Shown here piece after piece: positions 41,438-53,159 of a stretch of 64,000 bases of DNA (position 1 is its first letter; each line of letters starts with the position of its first letter). This DNA is from the human T2T-CHM13v2.0 reference genome, Homo sapiens. The notes beneath the pieces were generated by a model that was not told the origin of the DNA, ran no database searches, and saw nothing but the letters and a program-made list of their open reading frames with translations. The translations under genes and the position numbers were made by a program. Location of the stretch: assembly GCF_009914755.1 (NCBI RefSeq), contig NC_060929.1, one strand, 5' to 3'.

Positions 41438-42475
41438 TGTGACTGGCTGGCTCGTGCTCCCTTAAATTCTAATGCTGGAGTCCTGACCTCGGCTACCCCA
41501 GAGTGTGGCTGTTTTGGAAATAGCGTCTTTAAAGAGGTAACTGCAAGTAAAACAAGGTCTTTAGGGTTGACCCAATGAGACTGATGTCCTTTCGTTTGTT
41601 TGTTTTTTTAATTTTTAAGTTTGGGGTACACGCGCAGGTTTGTTACTTAGGTAAACTTGCCTCATGGGTTTTTTTTTTTTTTTTTTGTACAGGTTATTTC
41701 ATCACCCAGGTATTAAGCCCAATACTCATTAGTTATTTTTCCTGATCCCCTCCCTCCTCCCACTCTCCACCCTCTGAAAGGCCCCAGCGTGTGTTGTTCC
41801 CCTCTATGTGTCCATGTGTTCTCATCATTTAGCTCCCACTTACAAGCGAGAACATGAAGTATTGGTTTTCTATTCCTGTGACAGTTTGCTAAGGATAATG
41901 GCCTCCGGCTCCATTCATGTCCCTGCAAAGGACATGATCTCATTCTTTTTTTATGGCTGTAGCTTATTCTATGGTATATATGTACCACCATTTCTTTATC
42001 CAGCAAACGAAACTATCAACAGGGTAAACAGACAACCTACAGAACGGGAGAAAATCTTTGCAAACTATGCATTCGACAGAGGTCTTATACCCAGCATCTA
42101 TAAGAAACTTAAACATATTTATGAGAACAAAACAAACAACCCCATAAAAAAGTGGGCAAAGGACATAAACAGACACTTTTCAAAAGAAAACATCCATGTG
42201 ACCAGCAAGCATATGAAAAAAAGCTCAACATCAGTGATGTCTTTTTAATGAGACATTAGCACACAGAGCGCTGTGACAGACCTCTGAAGACCCAGAGAGA
42301 AGATGGCCGCCAACAAGCCAAGGACAGAGGTCTCAGAAGGGACCAGCCTTGCCAAGCCCTGGATGTTAAACCTCCAGCCTCCAGAATAGTGAGAAATCAA
42401 TTCTGTAAATAAATTTCTGTGAATGAAGCCACAGAGTCTGTGGGGCTTTGTTATGGCAGCCCCAGAGGGCAAACA
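41438..42475 (+). mobile_element. MLT1B-like MaLR LTR, split by an L1
   Basis: TG...TTTGGAAATAGCGTCTTTAAAGAGGTAA...ACTGATGTCCTT | ...GAGAAGATGGCC...CCAGCCTCCAGAA...TTTGTTATGGCAGCCC...CA. TSD GAGAC/GAGAT. Confidence 0.85.
41593..42234 (-). mobile_element. 5'-inverted (twin-primed) truncated L1PA
   Basis: Minus-strand 3' UTR at 41593-42003 is fused to a plus-strand ORF2 segment at 42001-42234 ([19 protein letters not shown]). TSD TGATGTCCTTT / TGATGTCTTTT. Confidence 0.88.
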
Positions 42476-43380
42476 GAGATGACAACTTGTTAAAGGGGCA
42501 GGGTCCTTAGCGAGACATTAGTTCCTGAAACTATCAGGAGGAGATGTTTATACAAACATGTTACCTTATAACCTAATATTTAAACCAAGGTGTGAGTTAC
42601 AATATGGAAAGTCAGGAAACCATGCTGAGAGTTTAGATGTTCTGAGGACACTCTTGTCCTGCATCTATGTGTTTCTTTTCTTTTTTTAAATTTAATTTTA
42701 CTTTATTTTAAGTTCTAGGATACATGTGCAGGACGTGCAGGTTTGTTACATAGGTAAATGTGTGCCATGGTGGTTTGCCGCACCTTTCAACCCATCACCT
42801 AGGTATTAAGCCCCACATGCGTTAGCTATATATCCTGATGTTCTCTCCAATCTCACACCCCTAACAGGCTCCAGTGTGTGTTGTTCCCCTCCTTTTGTCC
42901 ATGTGTTCTCATTGTTCCACTCTCACTTATAAGAGAGAACATGCAGTGTGTGGTTTTTCTGTTTCTCTGTGAGTTTACTGAGGATAATGGCTTCCAGCTC
43001 CATCCATGTCCCTGCAAAGGACATGATCTCATTCTTTTTTATGGCTTCATAGTATTCCATGGTGTATATGTACCACATTTTCTATCCAGTCTATCATTGG
43101 TGGACATTTGGGTTGATTCTAACTTTGCTATTGTGAGTAGTGCTGTAATGTATGTTACGTATGCCTGCATATATGTTAATAATAGAATGATTTATATTAC
43201 TTTGGGCATATACCCAGTAATAGGATTGCTGGGTCAAATAGTATTTCTGGTTCTAGGTCTTTGAGAAATCGCTATACTGTCTTTCACAATGGTTGAATTA
43301 ATTCACATTCCCACCAACAGTGTAAAAATGTTCCTATTACTCCTCAACCTTGCCAGCGTCTGTTGTTTCTTGACTTAATA

Positions 43381-43460
43381 TTAGGTTGGTGCAAAAGTAA
43401 TTGCAGGTTTTGTCACCAAAAGTAATGGCAAAAACCACAAGTACTTTTGCACCAGCCTAA
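43381..43460. mobile_element. MADE1 (Hsmar1-derived MITE)
   Basis: 80-bp near-palindrome TTAGGTTGGTGCAAAAGTAATTGC...TACTTTTGCACCAGCCTAA flanked by TA on both sides. Confidence 0.95.
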
Positions 43461-45051
43461 TAATTGCCATTCTGCCTGGCATGAGATGGTGTCTCACTGT
43501 GGTTTTCATCTGAATTTCTCTAATGATCAGTGATGTTGAGGTTTTTTTTCATGTTTCTTGGCCACATAAATGTCTTTTTTTTTTTTGAGAAGTGTCTGTT
43601 CAGGTCCTTTGCCCACTTTTTAATGGGGTTGTCTGCTTTTTTCTTGTAAATTTGTTTAAGCTCCTTGGAGATTCTTGATATTAGATCTTTGTCAGATGGA
43701 TAGATTGCAAAAATTTTGTCCCATTCTGTAGACAAAGAAGACATCCATGTGACCAGAAAGCATATGAAAAAAAGCCCCATTTTGTAGGGTGTCTGTTCAC
43801 TCTAATGATCGTTCTTTTGCTGTGCAGAAGCTCTTGAGTTTAATTAGATCCCATTTGTCAGCTTTTGCTTTTGTTGCAATTATTTTTGGTGTTTTCATCA
43901 TGACATCTTTGCCAGTGACTATGTCCTAAATGATACTGCCTAGGCTTTCTTCTAGGGTTTTACAGTTTTGGGTTTTATATGTAAGTCTTTAATCCATCTT
44001 GAGTTAATTTTTGTACAAGGTGTAAGGAATGGGTCCATTTTCAGTTTTCTGCATATGGCTAGCCAGTTTTCCCAGCACCATTTATTAAATAGGAAATCCT
44101 TTCCCCATTGCACTTTTTGGTCAGGTTTGTCAAAGATTGTAGATATACAGTCTTATTTCTGAGATCTCTATTTTGTTCCATTGGTCTATATGTCTGTTTT
44201 TGTACCAGTACCATGCTGTTTTGGTTACTGTAGCCTTGTAATATAGCTTGAAGTCAGGTAGAATGATGCCTCCAGCTTTGTTATTTTTGCTTAGTATTGT
44301 CTTGGCTATTTGGGCTCTTTTTTGGTTCTGTATGAGTTTTAAAGTATTTTTTTCTAATTCTGTGAAAAATGTCAATGTTAGTTTAACAGGATTAGCATTG
44401 AATCTATAAATTACTTTGGGCAGCATGACTATTTTCATGTTACTGATTTTTCCTATCCATGAGCATGGAATGTTTTTCCATTTGTTTGTATTTTTTTCTG
44501 ATTTCCTTGATCAGTGGTTTGCAATTCTTCTTGAAGAAGTCTGTCACTTCCCTGATAGCTGTATTCCTAGGAATTTTATTCTCTTTTTTAGTAATTGTGA
44601 ATAGGAGTTCAATCATGACGTGGCTCCCTGACTGTCCATTGTTGGGGTATAGGAATGCTTGTGATTTTTGCACATTGATTTTATATCCTGACACTTTGTT
44701 GAAGTTGCTTTTCAGCTTAAGACACTTTTGGGATGAGTTGAGGGTTTTTTCTAGATATAGGATCATATCATCTGCAAGCAGAGACAATTTAACTTCCTCT
44801 CTTCCTATTTGAATACCCTATCAATTTCTTCTAGATTTTCTAGTTTATTTCAATAGAGTTATTTACAGTGTTCTCTGATGGCTGTTTTTATTTCTGGGTG
44901 GTTAGTGGTGATATCCCCTTTATCATTTTTATTGTGTCTATTTGATTCTTCTTTCTTTTGTTCTTTATTAGTCTATCTAGTGGTCTATGCATTTTATTAA
45001 TTTTTTCAAAAATCACCTCCTGGATTCATCGTCTCTTTGAAGGGGTTTTCA

Positions 45052-45150
<99 letters not shown>

Positions 45151-46549
45151 TTATGTTAGCGTGTCGATTTGATATCTTTCCAGCTTTTTGATGTGGGCAT
45201 TTTGGGCTATAAATTTCCCTCTTAACCCTTTTTTTGGGTGCATCCCAGAGATTCTGGTATGTTGTCTCTTTGTTCTCATTGGTTCAAAATAACTTCTTGA
45301 TTTCTGCCTTAATTTTGTTATTTACCCAGAAGTCATTCAGGAGCAGGTTGTTCAATTTCCATGTTGTTGTGTGGTTTTGAGTTTCTTAATCTTGAGTTCT
45401 AATTTGATTGTGCTGTGGTCTGAGAGAGACTGTTTGTTATGATTTCAATTCTTTTGCATTTGCTGAGGAGTGTTTTACTTCCAATAATTTAATCAATTTT
45501 AGAGTAAGTGCTATGTGATGCCTAGAAGAATATATATTCTGTTGTTTTTGGGTGGAGACTTCTGTGGATATCTATCGGTCCATTTGATCCAGAGCTGAGC
45601 TCAGGTCCTAAATATTCTTGTTAATTTTCTGCCTCAATGATCTGTCTAATATTGACAGTTGGGTGTTAAAGTCTCCCATTATTATTGTGTGGGAGTCTAA
45701 GTCTCTTTGTATATCTCTAAGAACTTGTTTTATGAATCTGGGTGTTCCTATATTTGGTACATATACATTTAGGATAGTTAGCTATTCTTGTTGCATTGAT
45801 CCCCTGCATTATGTTATGCCCTTCTTTGTCTTTCTTTGTTGGTTTAAAGTCTTTTGGTCAGAAACTAGGATTGCAACACCTGCTTTTTTCTGCCTTCCAT
45901 TTGCTTGGTAAATTTTTCTCCATCCCTTTATTTTGAGCATGTGTGTGTCTTTGCCTGTGATATGGATCTCTTGAATACAGTACACCAATGGGTCTTGACT
46001 CTTTATTCCTCTTGCCATTCTGTGTCTTTTAGTTGGGGCATTTATCTCATTTACCTTTAAGGTTAATATTGTTATGTGTGAATTTGATCCTGTCATCATG
46101 ATGCTAGTTGGTTATTTTGCAGACTTGTTTATATAGTTGCTCCATAGCGCTATTAGTCTCTGTACTTCAGTGTGGCTTTGCAGTGGCTGGCAATGATTTT
46201 TCCTTTTCATATTTAGTGCTTCCTTTAGGAGCTCTGGCAAGGCAGGCCTGGTGATGATGAATTCCCTCAGCATTTGCTTGTCTGAAACAGATTTTATTTC
46301 TCCTTTGCTTATGAAGCTTAGTTTGGCTGGATATAAATTCTGGGTTAAAAATTCTTTTCTTTAAGAATGTTGAATATTGGCCTTCAATCTCTTCTGGCTT
46401 GTAGGTCTTCTGTTAGTCTGATAGGCTTTCCTTTGTAGGTGACCTGGCCTTTCTTTCTGGCTACAAACATTTTTTTCCTCCATTTTGATCTTGGAGAATC
46501 TGATGATTATGTGTTTTGGTGTTGATTTCTCATGGATTATCTCACTGGG

Positions 46550-46913
46550 TGTATTAGTACCTTTTTATACTTCTATAAAGATATACCCGAGACTCTGTAA
46601 TTTAAAAAGAAAAAGAAGTTTAAGTGACTCACAGTTCCACATGGCTGGGGAAGCCTCACAATCATGGTGGAAGTAAAGGAGGAGCAAAGGCATGTCTCTA
46701 CATTGCAGCAGGCAAGACAGCATGTGCTGGGGAACTGCCCTTCATAAAACCATCAGATCTCATGAGACTTATTCACTATCGCAAGAACAGCATAGGAAAA
46801 ACCTGCCCCTGTGATTCAATTTCCTTCTACTGGGTCCCTCCCATGACATGTGAGGATTATGAAAGCTACAATTCAAGATTATATTTGTGTGGGGACACAT
46901 CCAAACCAGATCA
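46550..46913 (-). mobile_element. THE1 (B/C-like) solo LTR inserted in L1 ORF1
   Basis: TGTATTAGT...GGGGACACATCCAAACCAGATCA, with TSD CTGGG/CTGAG. Confidence 0.9.
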
Positions 46914-48813
46914 CTGAGGTTATCTGGGTTTCCTGAATTTGAACATTGGCCTATCTTGTTAGGTTGGGGAAGTTCTGGATGATATCCCGAAGTAGGTTTT
47001 CCAACTTCGTTCCATTCTCACCATCTATTTTGAGTACCTCAATCAGTCTTATGTACAGTCTTTTTACATAATCCCATAGTTCTCAAAGGTTTTGTTCATT
47101 CCTTTTCATTTTTTTCTCTAATCTTTTCTGCTTGTCTTATTTCAGCAAGATAGTCTTTAAGCTCTGAAATTCTTACCTTTGCTTCATCTATTTGGTTATT
47201 GATACCTGTGGTCACATTGCAAAGTTCCTGTTCTGTGTTGTTCAGCTCCATCAGGTTATTTATGTTACTCTCTAAACTGGTTATTTCGGTTAACAACTCC
47301 TGTAACGTTTTATCATGGTTCTTAACTTCTTTGCATTGGATTAGAACATGCTCCTTTAGCTCAGCACAGTTCATTATTACCCACCTTCTAAAGCCTGCTT
47401 CTGTCAGTTTATCCATCTCAGCCTCTGCCCTGTCCTGTGCCTTTGCTGAAGAGGTGTTGCAATCATTTGGAGAAGGGGCACACTAGCTTTTTGAGTTTTC
47501 TGCATTTTTTCATTGATTCTTTTTCATCTTCATGAGTTTATCTACCTTTGATCTTTGAGACTGCTGACCTTTGGATGGGGTTTTTGTGGGGACTTTATTG
47601 TTGATGCTGTTGTTGTTGCTTTCTATTTGTTTGTTTTTCTTTTAACAGCCAGGCTCCCCTTCCTTAGGGATGCTATGGTTTGCTGGGGGTCCACTCCAGA
47701 CCCTATTCACCTGGTTCCCTCCCATACCTGGAGGTTTTACCAGTGGAGGCTGCAGAACAGCAACAATGGCTGCCTGCTCCTTCCTCTCGGGTTTCTGTCC
47801 CTGAGGGGCACCGACCTGATGCCAGCAGGAACTCTCCTGTATTTGGTGTCTGGAAACCACTGTTTGGGGGGTCTCACCCAGTCAGGAGGCACAGGATCAG
47901 GACCTCCTTAACGAAGCACTCTGGCTGCCCCTTGGCGGAGGGAGTGCACTGCATTGGGGGCAATCCCACTCATCCAGGCTGCCTGGATTCCTCAGAGCCA
48001 GCAGGGGAAAGAGCAAGTCTGCTGATCCATGGAGACCACGGCAGCCCCTTCCCCCAGGAGCTCAGTCCCAGGGAGATCAGAGTTCTGTCCCTAAAACCCT
48101 GGCTGGATTTGCAGAAATTCCTGCAGGGAGGCTCCACACATTGAGGAGGTATGGGTCAAAGTCCAGCCTAAAGAGGTTGTCTGGCCACAACCCACCACAG
48201 CCACTAATTCCTCCTGAGTCCAAACTGTCCAATCTCCCTGGCACCAGCAGGAGAAAAATGGCAGACTGGAGCTACAGTGATGGCGATCACCCCTTCCCCA
48301 AGGAGCTTAGTCGTCTTAGGCAGCAGCCATCCCCAGTGATGGCGGCTGCTCCTCCCCCTGGGAACTTGGTAGTCTTAGGCAATCTTCAGCTGAGTGGCTG
48401 CCTAGAATCTGCACAGCTCTGTGCCTGAGACCCAAGGCCCTGGTGTCGTGGGCTCACAAGGGGGATCTCCAGATCCACGTTTGCACAGATCCGTGGAAAA
48501 AGTGTGGTTTCCCAGGCAGGGTAGCACAATCACCCACCGCCGCCCTTGGCTTGGAGTGGGAACCCCTTTTGCTCATGTGGCTCCCAGGTGGGCCATTGCA
48601 CCACCCTGCTTTTCCTCACTCCCCGCAGCTCGTGCCAGCTGCCTAGTCAGTCCCAATGAGAGAGCCTGGATACCTCAGTTGCTGGCGCAGGATTCACTCA
48701 CTGTTTGTGTTCTTCTCGATAAAATCTCCGCCTGCAGCTGTTTCTAGCCAGGCATCTTGGCCCCTCCCTGTAGGTATTTCTTTAAAATTATCTTTATTTA
48801 TCAGAAAAGAGTC

Positions 48814-49104
48814 TTTTTTTTTTTTTTATGGAGTCTCACTCTGTTTTCCAGGCTGAAGTGCAGTGTCACGATCTCAGCTCACCGCAACCTCTACCTCCCG
48901 AGTTCAAGTGATTCTCCTGACCCAGTCTCCGGAGTAGCTGGGATTATAGGAATGTACCATGACACCCAGCTAATTTTTGTAGTTTTGGTAGAGATGGGGT
49001 TTCACTATGTTTCCCAGGCTAGTCTCAAACTCTTGGCCTCAACTGAGCCACCCATCTTGGCCTCCCAAAGTGTGGGATTGCAAGGGTGAGCCGCTGTTCC
49101 TGTC
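48814..49104 (-). mobile_element. Alu (diverged Jb/Sz-like)
   Basis: Poly-T plus dimeric Alu, with flanking repeat AGAGTCTT. Confidence 0.9.
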
Positions 49105-51109
49105 TGGAAGAGAGTCTTAAGTCAAATGTGGGACACCAGGGCTGCAGGGTGCACCAGGCTTTGTGGCATCCAAGATTCACATGAATGGGGGGGCGGGCAT
49201 GAAGGAAAAGGAGATGGTATTGTGGGGTTCCCTCCCAGGCACTAGGAAAGAAATCTTGAGGCTGAAGAGTCCTCGGCTTCACAAATCTTCCCGGACACAG
49301 GCACGGACCCTGCACTGATATTAGCCACATAGGGTGCCCTAACTTCCTTTCTCCGCCGTTTTAAACTACCCTGCCTGCCTCCGTCTTCTTCATTTTCACT
49401 CCTGTCCCTGACAGGGACCCTTCTATGGCCTCAAATAGGCTCCAATCCCTGGCAAAACCCCTGCAGAATGAACTTCCCCCTTACGACCCCTTATGAAGTT
49501 TTCTTTCCAGGTCAATGTTCATTTTTTTTTAAATTTTCCCTTCCTTTTATCAACAACTTTGTCAAAAGGCACCTTGCCCCCAATTCTTACACAGGGAGTG
49601 GCCAGTTTTCAGATATCAGGGGCCCCTGCCTCAACCTTTTAGTACTTTATCTAATACACCCACTTCTATAACATTTACCCTGCATCAGACTCATCTCAGT
49701 ATTTCCTGTGTCTATAAGCTCAACTGAAACTCCATAACACCGTGGGGAGGTGTTCATGTTGTCCGCCTCGACAGCTGAGCTGTTGGTCCCTGGCATAGAA
49801 CATGATGCACTCCCTGGGACGAGGTGGTGGCAGCGCTCAGACAGAGCCCGCCTGGCTTTGGCTGTCCCCTTCTTCGTGGACCCTGAGTGTGCAGAAAGCT
49901 CACTGCCCTTATCCCAGAGTGGGAAGGACCTGACATGAGTGGTCCTTTCAAGGCCTCTCAGCACCTGTGTGAGAATCGGAAAGAAGGGGCCATGTCTAGC
50001 TGAGAGAGGGGGCTGGATTCCAGCACTCCTGCCCCTTGGCTGGGCTCCCTGGTGCAGAGTATAGCTTTCGCTGCCTTCCTAGTGGCATGGGCAGCTGGTC
50101 CTGTCGATGGTGCACACTGGCAGGTCTCCTCTGGGGAGAAGTATTTGGTGCAGCTGCTTAGGCACAGTTGGCATCTTTAGGGGTAGGAGGGAAGCACCTG
50201 GTGCTGTTCCCTGGCTTGGCCAGGTCTTGGGTCTGTCTGATATCATACAGCTCCACCTCAGTGATGACCCTGGAATCTGCCGTGGCACTTCCAGGCCTTG
50301 GGTGAGAGGCCACAGTGCTCTGTGAAAGCATCGCACCTGCATTGCCCAGAGCTGTAGCAATTCCTGCATCAGCACCAAGTGCAGCTCAGGGGCCACAGGA
50401 GCCTGTGCTCAGCCTCACCAGGCAGGTACCCTTCTCCAGGCAAGGTCTGTGGGTCACTGCCCTCCTGGAACCTGGGGTAAAATCTTCTCCACTCCTGGTT
50501 TTCTCTTCAATCCATCCCATAGCATCATTGTGAGACCTGGGCTCAGTGCACCCAACTTCCACCCAAGGAGTTTCTTCAAGAAGCTGGATGGAGAAAACAG
50601 CTGCCCTGAGAATGCATTCACATTTCAGAGACTGCACGTGGTTGTAGCCATGAGGTTCTGGTATTGCATAAGAAGTTGTGCTGTAAATCAGGAGCAACCA
50701 CCAGTGAAATCTGGAAGAAAATTAGGCAGCAAGAAGCGTTAAAGTCGGAAGTGCATGTGAGTGCTGGAAGCTCTGCAGAATCAACCTCAAGTCAACACAG
50801 TCACTATTCCAACCTCAATGCACCAAAGGAGTGGTGCCGGAACAGGGACACAGCTCTAAGCCACCCTGGAGAAGGCTTATTGGTTTCTGTGACCCTCCCA
50901 GTTCAGGGTTATGAGCATCTGGCCATGTGTCAGGACGAGACAGCTCTGCTGGGAGCTGGAAAGAGAGGCGGTTTCCTTCTCCGTATACCGGGAGCTGGGG
51001 TGGGAGAGCGTGTGATGCTGCAGACACCTTTGGATTGGGCGGTGAGTGGGGGGCACAGAGCTGGGACCACTCCCTTCTCGTGGAGCAGCATGGCTGGTGC
51101 AGGCCAGCA

Positions 51110-51940
51110 CAAAACACACACACACATATACACACACACTCTTTCTCTCTCACACTTACAAACACACACTCATACACTCACACATTCACATGCACACACA
51201 GCCTCATACACACATACACACACATCCACTCACACACTCTCATACACTCACACACTCATACACTCACACATTCATACACACAGACTCATTTACTCACACA
51301 CACTCATCCACTCTCACACACACTTAAACTTATACACTCACACACACGCACTCACACCCATACACTCACACAAATACACCCAACTACCCTCACACACATA
51401 CACACACTCACACACACTGTCACACTCACACTCACACACTCACACATTCACACAGCCTCATATACACACACTCATACACTCATTCACTCTTACACATACA
51501 CTCTCATACTCCCACACATACACTCACACATTCATGCATACACAGTCTCATACACTCACACATATACACACACATACACACACTTATCCACTCTCACATA
51601 CACTCACACTTACTTATACACTCACACACGTACTCACACACACCCATACATTCACACACATACATCCTCACACACATATACACACTCATATCTCACACTC
51701 TCAACCCCCTACACTCACATGCACACATACATACACACACTCATACTCTAGCACACACACTCATATGCCCAAACACACACTCATATGCTCACACACAAAC
51801 ACACTTATACTCTAGCACACACACTCATATGCCCAAACACACACTCATATGCTCACACACAAACACATACTCTAGCACACATGCGCATACACTCACACAC
51901 ACACTCTCACTCTAGCGCGCGCACACACACACACACACAC
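51110..51940. repeat. About 830-bp CA-rich compound repeat
   Basis: (CA)/(CACT)/(CATA) units, with 60-64 bp higher-order copies near 51743, 51807 and 51867. Ends in GCGCGCGC(AC)n. Confidence 0.95.
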
Positions 51941-53099
51941 TCTCCTGTTCATGGTGTGCCTGGCCCCCGTTTGTCATTTCAGCAGCTGCCCCATCTGCCC
52001 CTTAGCCATGACCAGTGGAAAACTCATCACATGGTGCCCATCTCTTCCATACACTGCCCTATTCATTCCACCAGTGCCTGAGTGCCAGGCACAGTACCAG
52101 GTCCTGGGACCCTGTTGGGTCACGCTGCCACTTCATCTGTGCCTTCTGTCTCATGGGGCGAACGGACACCTGCACGTCTCTGCTCCAAGCAGCGGGGTGG
52201 GAGCTATGAGCACAACATGGTGAGTGTGGCATTATCCCCTGGAAGATTTTTAGTAACGATCCTAATTACCTCACATTGTCTGGGGCCACTTGAGCTGGTT
52301 TTCTGGTTCCAGGCCCAGCGCTCTTCATCCTCACCATTCTGTGAGTCAACTGGTTTCTTCCCAGATGGGCTGTGTCCCTGCCTGTAGACGCCTCTCTCAG
52401 TTCAAGGAGTCCCCTTTGCATTCCACCACACAGACGTGCCTTCTTCAAAAGAAAACTTTCTTTAGGAACGGAGACCTTGTAATTCTTTCTTGCCATACTT
52501 TGGATTGGCAGGAACCAGTTTAATAAAACACAAGGTTTATACACTTGCTAGTGGGAAATAGCACAACGTCAAAACAAAGCAAAGCAAAGCAAATCCTTTT
52601 ATCTAACAGTTTAGTGTGGATTTCTGAGCCCACATAAGCCTCTGAGAGCCTCCTTGTCGTCGTCATGCTCTAGTCTCTGGTATTAGGTTTTTGAAGGGAG
52701 GTCACTTTCCAAAGGGCTAACAACCTTGGACACTGGAAATGTGGGGAAAGCCTGCATGTTCAATCCCTTAACCTTTGTTTTAGAGAATGGCTGTGTGTGC
52801 TATGATTATGTTTGAGGTTGTATCACATGTCACTGTTTCTAAGGAGTAACATGAAGCTGTCATAGGAATTATCAGAGGAAAGCATCTTGTTATCTGAAGT
52901 ATCACTGTTAAAGAAATCAGTGAGAGTTTCTGCATCCTGAGGGTGTGGGGGCCCCAGGGATAAGCACCCTTGAGTGGGGCAGACACCCCCGGCAAAGACA
53001 TCACCATGGTTGTCCCATAAACAGTCCCTCTGAACAGTCTACTTGCTTCCTTACCCTTTCTCCAACTAGCATCTTGTTCTAGAAATGACTAGTAATTAC

Positions 53100-53159
53100 C
53101 TTGTTGAATACTATAAGCAATGATATATTTTGATTTCATAGAACAATTAACATCTGTCT
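53100..53159 (-). ncRNA. Candidate non-coding exon (-), 60 nt
   Basis: Minus-strand branch/acceptor ctcactcactcctttttcctgctcttcctcacag|AGA and donor AAG|gtaatt. Alternative donor AGG|gtaagg at 53055. Confidence 0.35.

Noticed and set aside
50664-51815. 383-aa ORF and overlapping His/Thr-rich ORFs
   Set aside because: The length comes from the CA-rich repeat, which rarely contains stop codons. The start is a TTG and there is no recognisable domain.
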